From contig CAYWGS010000025.1 in NCBI GenBank assembly GCA_964457525.1, positions 1-17,397 on the forward strand: a DNA stretch of 17,397 nucleotides, in the 5' to 3' direction. Every line of letters begins with the position of its first letter. Positions within the stretch are counted from its first letter, which is position 1. The translations under genes and the position numbers were made by a program. This document shows positions 1-6,628 of this stretch, in pieces. The notes beneath the pieces were generated by a model, which was not told the DNA's origin, made no database searches, and worked only from the letters and a program-made list of their open reading frames with translations. Source of the stretch: an uncultured Erysipelotrichaceae bacterium (GTDB taxonomy: Bacteria; Bacillota_I; Bacilli_A; Erysipelotrichales; Erysipelotrichaceae).

Positions 1-57
1 ATCAACTTATCTTAGAGGATACCTCAACGAACTGTGGAATAGAAATAGAAGGATATT

Positions 58-94
58 AAAAAGACCAAATGAGATGAACATTTGATCTTTTTTT
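58..94. terminator. Bidirectional rho-independent terminator
   Basis: The stem AGACCAAATG (62-71) pairs with CATTTGATCT (79-88) across a 7-nt loop. It is flanked by an A-run (58-62) and a T-run (89-94). On the minus strand it directly follows the TAG stop at 96-98, with one G-U pair in the stem. Confidence 0.7.
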
Positions 95-95
95 A

Positions 96-728
96 CTATC
101 GATTTCTACCAAATTGCTTATTCTGTGCTGTTGATAGATTTCGATTTTGCATTATAGGAGTGGTAGTACAATCGACTGGAGTTCTTCCATCTTCATAGGC
201 TTCAAAGGTTGCCTTATGATTTTCAGATGCATTCTGAAGACTTGTAAATACTCTTTTGACTATAACCGGTAAATCTTCATCCAAATATTTATCGTATAAT
301 GCAATATTATCGACTTCCGCTTTAACTCCAATCGCATAAGCTTCTTCAAGTGAATCTGGGACAACTGCGTATTTACTACCATTGTCGCTTGGAACTTCTA
401 ACTCGTACGCTTCAAATAATCGTGTTAATGCACTAATGTGCATCGTTTCTGCTCTAACTAAGTTTGCAAATGGAGTTTGTGCACCAAATTCATCAATAAT
501 TGCTTGATACTCAGCACGAGCTTTATACTCATCATTAATTAATACCGTAAACATTTCTTTCAAATCCGCTAATTCTTCAACACTAACTTCTTCTACCACT
601 AATGGATATTGTCTTGTTTGATTCGATGTCTGATTTCCATATCGAGCATCAACCGCTAATAGGCTAGAACTTAACAATAATCCACCAACACTTAAACTAA
701 CTAATCCTTTTAATATTGTTTTATTCAT
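96..728 (-). CDS. Secreted ferritin-like protein, DUF2202 family
   Basis: 210-aa ORF with an N-terminal hydrophobic signal-like segment (MNKTILKGLVSLSVGGLLLSSSLLAVDA). It has two ferritin-like half repeats, EYKARAEY...RAETMHISAL and AIGVKAEVDNIALYDKYL...LQNASENHKATF, which fit the DUF2202 pattern. An AGGAGA Shine-Dalgarno sits 6 nt upstream of the ATG. Confidence 0.8.
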   Translation of the reverse strand: MNKTILKGLVSLSVGGLLLSSSLLAVDARYGNQTSNQTRQYPLVVEEVSVEELADLKEMFTVLINDEYKARAEYQAIIDEFGAQTPFANLVRAETMHISALTRLFEAYELEVPSDNGSKYAVVPDSLEEAYAIGVKAEVDNIALYDKYLDEDLPVIVKRVFTSLQNASENHKATFEAYEDGRTPVDCTTTPIMQNRNLSTAQNKQFGRNR

Positions 729-765
729 ACGTTTTCTCCTAAAGCATTTGCTTTACACCCTTACT

Positions 766-819
766 TTAAAAGAAAAATGTCACAGAAATATGTCTAAACT
801 CTTCTATTTCTGTGACATT
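766..819 (-). terminator. Rho-independent terminator of the trx-rhodanese-CoADR operon
   Basis: On the minus strand there is a 15-bp stem, AATGTCACAGAAATA (819-805) pairing with TATTTCTGTGACATT (790-776), and a 14-nt loop. TTTTCTTTT follows. It begins 9 nt after the stop at 828-830. Confidence 0.75.
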
Positions 820-827
820 CTATAATC

Positions 828-2513
828 TTATGAATTTAATTTGTAATTATATGCACTATACGTACGATAACCACCGGATAAGTTATACAAGTTTGTATAT
901 CCATGGCTTCTTAAAATCATGATCGCTAAGTAAGCACGTAAACCAACATAACAATTCACCACAATCGGTGTGTCTTTCGCTACTTTTATTTCGCTTAATC
1001 TTTGACGTAAATTATCAACTTCGATATTGATTGAACCTTGAATGGATCCTTCTTCAAATTCTTCTGGTGTACGTACATCAAGGAATAAAGCATTTTGTTT
1101 GATAAAGTCTTCTACTTGACTTGGATAAGCAACTTTATACGCTCCATCCACCATATTCTCAGCGATATAACCTAAAATATTAACTGGATCTTTAGCCGAT
1201 GAGAATGGAGGTGCATAGGCTAATTCTAAATCACTTAAATGCGTTACTTTTAAACCAGCTTTAATGGAAGTCGCAATCACATCAATACGCTTTTCGGTTC
1301 CTTCTTCCCCAATCGCTTGAGCCCCTAAGATTTCAAGTGTTTCCGGGTTATAGAGTAGTTTTAAACTAATGTTTGTAGCATTTGGATAATAGGACGCATG
1401 ATTATTACGATGAGCATGAATGGCTTGGAAAGGAATCTTCTTCATCTCAAGTAGACGTTGATTATTTCCTGTAGCCGCAACGGTTAGGTTAAATACTTTT
1501 AGAACAGATGTTCCAAGTGAACCTTTATATTCAACATCTTTACCATTTATAATATCCGCAACTAAACGAGCTTGACGGTTTGCTGGCCAAGCCAGGGCGA
1601 TAGCAGTATCCCCTTTAGTAACGAAGTCTTTAACTTGAATCGCATCACCAAGCGCATAGAAACCATCCACAACTTCTTGTGTTTCCGCATCCATGACTTG
1701 AAGTTTAGAATTTGTAACAATATGTCCACGCGGGCCAATTAACACATTCGCTTTCTTCGCTAACGTATTTTCAGGCACAACACCAATCGATAAGATGATT
1801 AAATCTGTATCGATAATATTTCCACTTTCAAGATGGATTTTTTTACCTTCTTCACTGAACTTTAGTAATCCATCTCCTAAGACTAAGTTAACACCATTTT
1901 TATTCAGTTCTTGATGAACAAGTTGTGCCATTTCAAAATCAAGAGGCGCTAATACTTGTGGCATCTTTTCTACAATCGTAACCTTTATGCCTCTTTCGGT
2001 TAGATTCTCAGCCATCTCAACACCAATGAAACCACCACCTACGACAACCGCTGTCTTAGGTTGAGTTTTCTCAATCGCATTGTAAATCGCATCGGTATCC
2101 GCAATATTACGAAGTACATATAGATTCTTAGATTCCTTTAATCCTTCAATTGGTGGTTGAATTGGTTTAGCACCAGGGGATAAGACTAAAACATCATAGG
2201 ATTCTTCATATATTTCATTAGTAAGTACTTTACGTACTGTTACTTTTTTATCGTTACGATTAATATCCACAACTTCAGAGAAGTTACGAATATCTAAATT
2301 GAATCGTTCAGACATGCCTTCTACTGTTTGTACAAGTAAATCTTCACGATCGGTAATCACATTCCCGATATAGTAGGGTAAACCACAGTTCGCAAAACTA
2401 ATATACTCATCTCTCTCAAACATGATAATTTGATCGTGTTCATTTAAACGTCTTAAACGTGCTGCAGCAGTTGCACCACCTGCAACACCACCAATAATAA
2501 CAATCTTTTTCAT
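828..2513 (-). CDS. CoA-disulfide reductase / CoA-persulfide reductase with C-terminal rhodanese domain (CoADR-RHD, pyridine nucleotide-disulfide oxidoreductase)
   Basis: FAD fingerprint MKKIVIIGGVAGGATAA at the corrected N-terminus. Redox Cys motif SFANCGLPYYIG of the CoADR/Nox/Npx class. Second dinucleotide fold VVVGGGFIGVE. C-terminal rhodanese domain with active loop NCYVGLRA. The start is moved to ATG 2513 because the track's 18-codon extension overlaps the upstream gene. The upstream gene's TAG stop (2515-2517) lies 1 nt before this ATG, which implies translational coupling. Confidence 0.9.
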   Translation of the reverse strand: MKKIVIIGGVAGGATAAARLRRLNEHDQIIMFERDEYISFANCGLPYYIGNVITDREDLLVQTVEGMSERFNLDIRNFSEVVDINRNDKKVTVRKVLTNEIYEESYDVLVLSPGAKPIQPPIEGLKESKNLYVLRNIADTDAIYNAIEKTQPKTAVVVGGGFIGVEMAENLTERGIKVTIVEKMPQVLAPLDFEMAQLVHQELNKNGVNLVLGDGLLKFSEEGKKIHLESGNIIDTDLIILSIGVVPENTLAKKANVLIGPRGHIVTNSKLQVMDAETQEVVDGFYALGDAIQVKDFVTKGDTAIALAWPANRQARLVADIINGKDVEYKGSLGTSVLKVFNLTVAATGNNQRLLEMKKIPFQAIHAHRNNHASYYPNATNISLKLLYNPETLEILGAQAIGEEGTEKRIDVIATSIKAGLKVTHLSDLELAYAPPFSSAKDPVNILGYIAENMVDGAYKVAYPSQVEDFIKQNALFLDVRTPEEFEEGSIQGSINIEVDNLRQRLSEIKVAKDTPIVVNCYVGLRAYLAIMILRSHGYTNLYNLSGGYRTYSAYNYKLNS

Positions 2514-2514
2514 A

Positions 2515-2838
2515 CTACTTAACCAATCCATACTTCCATGATCCAACACCACCAATGTTGTGAACATTAGTATAACCTACTCTTTTCAAGTAAGCGGTTG
2601 CATCAGAAGCTCTACCTCCACTTAAACAAATAACAAAAATGGTTTGATCTTTCTTAGGGAGAACAGATTGGAAACGGTTTGGTAATGTATCTAAAGGAAT
2701 GTTTACACTTCCTTTAACGTGTCCTTCTTTAAATTCCTCTTTAGTTCTAACATCAATAAGTTTGATGTTTGGATCATTTTGAAGTTGTTCGTACGCTTTA
2801 TCCTGACTTAAATGGTTTGATTGAAAAAAATTAAACAT
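2515..2838 (-). CDS. Single-domain rhodanese (sulfurtransferase)
   Basis: Rhodanese fold motifs LIDVRTKEEFKEGHVKGSVNIP and active-site loop ICLSGGRAS. The start is moved to ATG 2838 (MFNFFQS...), preceded by GGAAAGGGA. This gives an 8-nt overlap with the upstream ORF's stop at 2831-2833. Confidence 0.85.
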   Translation of the reverse strand: MFNFFQSNHLSQDKAYEQLQNDPNIKLIDVRTKEEFKEGHVKGSVNIPLDTLPNRFQSVLPKKDQTIFVICLSGGRASDATAYLKRVGYTNVHNIGGVGSWKYGLVK

Positions 2839-3211
2839 GAGATTCCCTTTCCTCGTTATTTTCGAATAAACTTTCATAATCTGTTTCATAGACTTGAACG
2901 AATTCTAAGAGTCTTTCAATCTTAGAGAAATTAATAAATCGACTTTCTCTTAGAATTTCACGGTTTTCAGACCACACAATGACTGTTGGGACCGTAAAGA
3001 CTTGGTGTTGACCAGCAATTTCTGGATAATGACCTGCATCAACCGCTACATAGTCTACATGATACTTTTCCAACATATCTTTTAAACGTGGTTCGATCGC
3101 ATGGCATACCCCACAAGTCTCCATTTGAAATAACATGACAAATGGTTTTTGATTGGATTTAAATTTTATCAATTGATTTGTTGGGTTTGTGACTACACCT
3201 CGATGACTCAT
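2831..3211 (-). CDS. Thioredoxin-fold protein (CxxC)
   Basis: 126-aa ORF with motif ETCGVCHAIEPRL (CGVC) and cis-Pro region FTVPTVIVW, typical of the thioredoxin fold. There is a strong Shine-Dalgarno, TAGGAGGA, upstream of ATG 3211. Confidence 0.8.
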   Translation of the reverse strand: MSHRGVVTNPTNQLIKFKSNQKPFVMLFQMETCGVCHAIEPRLKDMLEKYHVDYVAVDAGHYPEIAGQHQVFTVPTVIVWSENREILRESRFINFSKIERLLEFVQVYETDYESLFENNEERESHV

Positions 3212-3241
3212 AGAATCCTCCTATCTAAATAATACATTCCT

Positions 3242-3271
3242 AGTATAAGGGGACACTTCTTGAATTTCAAG
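3242..3271 (-). promoter_or_regulatory. Putative sigma-A promoter of the trx-rhodanese-CoADR operon, with a 13-bp palindrome over the -35
   Basis: The minus strand reads TTGAAA (3270-3265), a 17-bp spacer, then TATACT (3247-3242). The perfect palindrome CTTGAAATTCAAG spans 3259-3271. Confidence 0.5.
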
Positions 3272-3281
3272 TTATTTGACT

Positions 3282-3304
3282 AAAAAAAGAGTTTTTCAAC
3301 TCTT
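3282..3304 (-). terminator. Rho-independent terminator of the EIIB gene
   Basis: The minus strand reads AAGAGTT-GAAA-AACTCTT followed by TTTTTTT. The stem overlaps the stop codon at 3304-3306. Confidence 0.7.
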
Positions 3305-3609
3305 TATTGCTCACCCATTAACTTACGAGCTTGTTCAAGAATCTTTGGACCATTCATTGATCCATAAGAAACCATATCCATCGGTTCAACTGGGCAGTTT
3401 TTGATTGCCTCTTGATACTTCTTTAACATATGACGTACTTGAGGCGCAACCAATACTACATCCGCATCACTCGATTTACTAACAACGGTCGTCGTATCGT
3501 AAGCGTCACAAGTATAATCATAACCGCCTGCTTTAATCGCTTCACGAACTTTTAATACCAATAAACTACTTGACATTCCAGCACCACAAAATAATATGAT
3601 TTTCTTCAT
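3304..3609 (-). CDS. PTS EIIB component, lactose/cellobiose family (stand-alone)
   Basis: 101 aa. The N-terminal MKKIILFCGAGMSSSLLV phospho-Cys loop is diagnostic of the cellobiose/lactose-type IIB. Shine-Dalgarno ACGGAGAAA. It has its own promoter, TTGAAT (3659-3654), 17 bp, TAGAAT (3636-3631). Confidence 0.85.
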   Translation of the reverse strand: MKKIILFCGAGMSSSLLVLKVREAIKAGGYDYTCDAYDTTTVVSKSSDADVVLVAPQVRHMLKKYQEAIKNCPVEPMDMVSYGSMNGPKILEQARKLMGEQ

Positions 3610-3665
3610 TTTGATTTCTCCGTTGTCCTTATTCTATCGAACAATATATTTGAATTCAATATTTT

Positions 3666-4490
3666 CTATAGCATTCGTTTGATTTCGTCCATCTCATCTA
3701 AAATCTTTTGATCTTCATCCGAAATTAAGAAGTCTAGTTTTGCATTTTCAATCATCCGTTCCCTATTTTTTGACTTAGGAAGTGGTAGTGTCCCTTTATC
3801 TAAGCAGTATCTTAAACACAACTGAGCCACACTAACATGATACTTACTCGCAATATCAATGAGTGTTTCATCTTGGAATACACTTCCTGTGCCAAGTGGA
3901 GAGTACGCTTCAACTAAGATATTATGCTTGCTACAGAAATCAACAATCTCATCCTGAGTATATCCGACAGAGAATCGAATCTGATTAATCATTGGAACAA
4001 TCTCACAATTGTCTAAGATATTTTGTAAATCATGTACACTAAAATTACTTACACCAATTGCACGTATTTTACCTTGTTTATATAAATCTTCCATCGCTTT
4101 ATACGCTTGTACATTCTCGACATCACACGATTCACCACGTTTATCCCATGGCCATGGCGCATGCATTAAGTATCCATCCATGTAATCTAAACCCAACTCT
4201 TGAAGTTGTAAATTGAAGGCTTGTATTGTCTGATCATAACCAAGCGCAGGTGCTCTTAATTTGCTAACCACAAATAATTCATCACGGCTCACGCCAGAAT
4301 CACGAATCGCACGTCCTACAGCTTCTTCGTTATGATATGACTTAGCTGTATCAATATGTCGATATCCAACTCGAATCGCATCCAGTGTTGTTTGGTATGC
4401 TTCTTCATTTGGAATTTGCCAAGTACCATAGGCTATTTTAGGAATCTTTACACCATTATTCAACGTATATGTTTCGATAAGATAGTTCAT
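3666..4490 (-). CDS. Aldo/keto reductase (2,5-diketo-D-gluconate reductase / YvgN-YtbE-like)
   Basis: 274 aa. The AKR catalytic tetrad context is visible: HIDTA (Asp), SYHNE (Tyr), VSKL (Lys), LMHAPWP (His). The C-terminal LPKS motif is present. Shine-Dalgarno AAGGAGAA. Confidence 0.9.
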   Translation of the reverse strand: MNYLIETYTLNNGVKIPKIAYGTWQIPNEEAYQTTLDAIRVGYRHIDTAKSYHNEEAVGRAIRDSGVSRDELFVVSKLRAPALGYDQTIQAFNLQLQELGLDYMDGYLMHAPWPWDKRGESCDVENVQAYKAMEDLYKQGKIRAIGVSNFSVHDLQNILDNCEIVPMINQIRFSVGYTQDEIVDFCSKHNILVEAYSPLGTGSVFQDETLIDIASKYHVSVAQLCLRYCLDKGTLPLPKSKNRERMIENAKLDFLISDEDQKILDEMDEIKRML

Positions 4491-4507
4491 ACATTCTCCT
4501 TTTTTAT

Positions 4508-4538
4508 ATTGTAAAACCTAGAGTTAACTCAAGGTCAA
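4508..4538 (-). promoter_or_regulatory. MerR-type promoter (19-bp spacer with dyad) for the AKR gene 3666-4490
   Basis: The minus strand reads TTGACC-TTGAGTTAACTCTAGGTTT-TACAAT. The spacer is exactly 19 bp and centred on the palindrome GAGTTAACTC, within the extended dyad CCTTGAGTTAACTCTAGG. The site lies in the 51-nt gap between the PNPOx stop and the AKR start. Confidence 0.65.
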
Positions 4539-4541
4539 TAT

Positions 4542-5009
4542 TTATTTATGATACTTCCCACTAAACTCATTAACAATCACTTTAATCACAGATACATGAT
4601 TGACCATATTTTCATCAAAAGCATATTCCTTTTGTGTTTCATGTTTCATTAACAAGGATAATCCTTTTAATTTCTCATCATAATTACTAAGGATTGTCGC
4701 GACACCATTTCCAATAATGCTTTTAAATCCAAAAGAAAAATCACATGCTTTTTCTCCCTCAATGAGTCGATGATCACAATCCATTTCAACACATACATTT
4801 GGATTCTTTATGATTGCGTCTATTTTACGACCAACTTGTGCACTATGAAAATAGAGAATAAGTTGTTTATTTACATATTCAAAACCATAATTCAAAGGCA
4901 CAACATACACACCCTTATCATCTAATAAACCAACATGACAGATACGACATTCTTCCACAATACTTAACAACTCTTGAATATCCGTCACTTCACGATCTTT
5001 GCGTCTCAT
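4542..5009 (-). CDS. Pyridoxamine 5'-phosphate oxidase family FMN-binding protein (Nim-like split-barrel)
   Basis: 155 aa. It begins MRRKDREVTD, a characteristic N-terminus of the PNPOx-related/Nim family, followed by the pattern ...GVYVVPLNYGF...YFHSA..G.K. It starts 1 nt after the GNAT stop, so the two are probably co-transcribed. Confidence 0.75.
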   Translation of the reverse strand: MRRKDREVTDIQELLSIVEECRICHVGLLDDKGVYVVPLNYGFEYVNKQLILYFHSAQVGRKIDAIIKNPNVCVEMDCDHRLIEGEKACDFSFGFKSIIGNGVATILSNYDEKLKGLSLLMKHETQKEYAFDENMVNHVSVIKVIVNEFSGKYHK

Positions 5010-5010
5010 A

Positions 5011-5487
5011 TTAGCCTTCCAGTTGGGTTAAATCCAACCTAAAATACTTCGCCCCTTCAATCGGATTATCATAATATGCATCAATCTCTTTAAACCCAAA
5101 CGATTCATACAATGTAATCGCTGGTTTCATCGTATCGAGCGTATCTAACAGGATGTTCTTATACCCGATATCAACCGCATCTTGAATCACTCGTTTAATA
5201 AGTAATTTACTAATCCCTAATCCACGATATCCATTTCGAATATACAATCGTTTGAGTTCAGCACTATCATCATTAAAACGTCTTAGTGCTACACATCCAA
5301 CTTCTTTATCGTTTAATAATGCAAGATAGAGTCTTCCATCAGGTTCTTCATATTTACCCGGCAATTCGTCAAGCTCTTGCTCGAAATCTTGAAAACATAG
5401 ATCAATATTCAGTGAGTTGGCATATTCTTTGAAGAGTTGTCTAACTTTGTTTAAATGATTCGTACCACGAATAATTCTTATGTTCAT
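5011..5487 (-). CDS. GNAT family N-acetyltransferase
   Basis: 158 aa. Acetyl-CoA binding motif A is present: LKRLYIRNGYRGLGISKLLIKRV (R-x-x-G-x-G). Shine-Dalgarno GGTTGGAGAAAG. Confidence 0.85.
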   Translation of the reverse strand: MNIRIIRGTNHLNKVRQLFKEYANSLNIDLCFQDFEQELDELPGKYEEPDGRLYLALLNDKEVGCVALRRFNDDSAELKRLYIRNGYRGLGISKLLIKRVIQDAVDIGYKNILLDTLDTMKPAITLYESFGFKEIDAYYDNPIEGAKYFRLDLTQLEG

Positions 5488-5550
5488 GATCTTTCTCCAA
5501 CCTTTTATTAGTAAAATTATACCTTAATTTGATAATAATAAAATGATGAC

Positions 5551-5581
5551 TTGACTTGGAGTTAACTCAAGAGTATACAAT
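5551..5581 (+). promoter_or_regulatory. MerR-type promoter (19-bp spacer with dyad) for the AKR gene 5604-6599
   Basis: The plus strand reads TTGACT-TGGAGTTAACTCAAGAGTA-TACAAT, with a 19-bp spacer and the same GAGTTAACTC core as 4508-4538. 24 of 31 positions are identical between the two promoters. Confidence 0.65.
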
Positions 5582-5603
5582 GATATCAAACGGAGGATCG
5601 AAA

Positions 5604-6599
5604 ATGGAATATGTAAAATTAGGCAATACAGGGTTGGATGTTTCACGTATTTGCTTAGGTTGTATGGGTTTTGGAGATGTATCCACTGGTTTTCATCAAT
5701 GGGTTATTGATGAAGAGAAAAGTAGAGAAGTCATTAAACACGCATTAGACTTAGGAATCAACTTCTTTGATACAGCAAATGTCTATTCAGCTGGTACAAG
5801 TGAAGAATATTTAGGAAGAGCACTTAAAGATTTTGCGGATCGTGATAAAGTCGTCATCGCTACAAAAGTTAACTTTAGAATGCATGAAGGCCCGAATGGA
5901 GCTGGATTATCTCGTAAGGCAATCATGAGTGAAGTTGAAAAGAGTTTAAAACGTCTACAAACAGATTATATTGATTTATATATTATTCATCGTTGGGACT
6001 ACAATACACCGATAGAAGAAACCATGGAAGCTCTTCATGATTTAGTTAAAATGGGTAAAGTACGTTATATTGGTGCATCTGCGATGTATGCATGGCAATT
6101 TCAAAAAGCTCAATATGTTGCGGAGAAGAATGGATGGACTAAGTTTGTATCCATGCAAAATCACTACAATCTTATTTATCGAGAAGATGAAAGAGAATTG
6201 ATACCCTTCTGTATCGAAAGTAAAGTTGCTCTCACACCTTATAGTCCACTTGCATCAGGTCGATTAACACGTGCTAAAGCGGAAGGTTCATTACGCTCTG
6301 AAACTGACAAAACACAAAAGATGAAGTATGCATCCATGGAAGAAGTTGATCAACCAATTATTGATCGTGTTGGAGAAATTGCGGAAAAGTATGGTGTGCT
6401 TCGTTCACATGTGGCTCTAGCATGGTTATGGAATCGTGCTGCAGTTGTATCCCCAATCATTGGCGCTACGAAACTCAGTCATATAGATGATGCGGTTGAA
6501 GCATTAAAACTTAAACTAACGGATGATGATATGAACTATCTTGAAGAAATGTATCAACCTCATCAATTAGTTGGATTAATCCCTTATTCATATCGATAG
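5604..6599 (+). CDS. Aldo/keto reductase (Tas/YajO-like, NADP-dependent oxidoreductase)
   Basis: MEYVKLGNTGLDVSRICLGCMGFG is a typical N-terminus for this AKR subgroup. Also present are FFDTANVYS, ATKV and IIHRWD. The start is moved from the track's TTG 5556, which lies inside the promoter -35, to ATG 5604, preceded by GGAGGA at 5593-5598. Confidence 0.9.
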   Translation: MEYVKLGNTGLDVSRICLGCMGFGDVSTGFHQWVIDEEKSREVIKHALDLGINFFDTANVYSAGTSEEYLGRALKDFADRDKVVIATKVNFRMHEGPNGAGLSRKAIMSEVEKSLKRLQTDYIDLYIIHRWDYNTPIEETMEALHDLVKMGKVRYIGASAMYAWQFQKAQYVAEKNGWTKFVSMQNHYNLIYREDERELIPFCIESKVALTPYSPLASGRLTRAKAEGSLRSETDKTQKMKYASMEEVDQPIIDRVGEIAEKYGVLRSHVALAWLWNRAAVVSPIIGATKLSHIDDAVEALKLKLTDDDMNYLEEMYQPHQLVGLIPYSYR

Positions 6600-6600
6600 A

Positions 6601-6625
6601 AAAACCTAAGTCAAACTTAGGTTTT
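6601..6625. terminator. Bidirectional terminator between convergent genes
   Basis: The sequence is AAAACCTAAGT-CAA-ACTTAGGTTTT, an 11-bp perfect stem. U-tracts are available in both directions. It sits in the 29-nt gap between stops 6599 and 6629. Confidence 0.8.
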
Positions 6626-6628
6626 CTT

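Noticed and set aside
1-59. Possible 3' end of a plus-strand gene (frame 3: ...QLILEDTSTNCGIEIEGY*, stop at 57-59) followed by the bidirectional terminator.
   Set aside because: Only 18 codons are visible, and another frame is also open over this stretch. There is no motif to support a call. It is plausible but unsupportable.
3242-3258. The G/C-rich patch GTATAAGGGGACAC in the trx-operon promoter, considered as a CsoR/CstR-type operator (such operators have C-tract/G-tract pseudo-palindromes).
   Set aside because: The sequence is not self-complementary, with only 4 of 7 positions pairing. It has a G-tract but no matching C-tract, so it does not fit the CsoR/CstR operator architecture.
3259-3659. 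Similar palindromes over the -35 boxes of two neighbouring promoters: CTTGAAATTCAAG (3259-3271) and TTGAATTCAA (3650-3659). These might be a shared operator linking the orphan EIIB to the sulfur operon.
   Set aside because: The half-sites are essentially the -35 consensus TTGAA plus its complement. The two palindromes have different centre spacing (6-1-6 versus 5-0-5), which is hard to reconcile with a single dimeric regulator. Short AT-rich palindromes are common. I kept only the 13-bp one as a note under the operon finding.
4542-5009. The PNPOx-family protein considered as a 5-nitroimidazole resistance (Nim) determinant.
   Set aside because: The MRRKDREV-type N-terminus is shared by a very broad family of split-barrel flavoproteins. 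Nothing in the sequence allows a resistance phenotype to be inferred.
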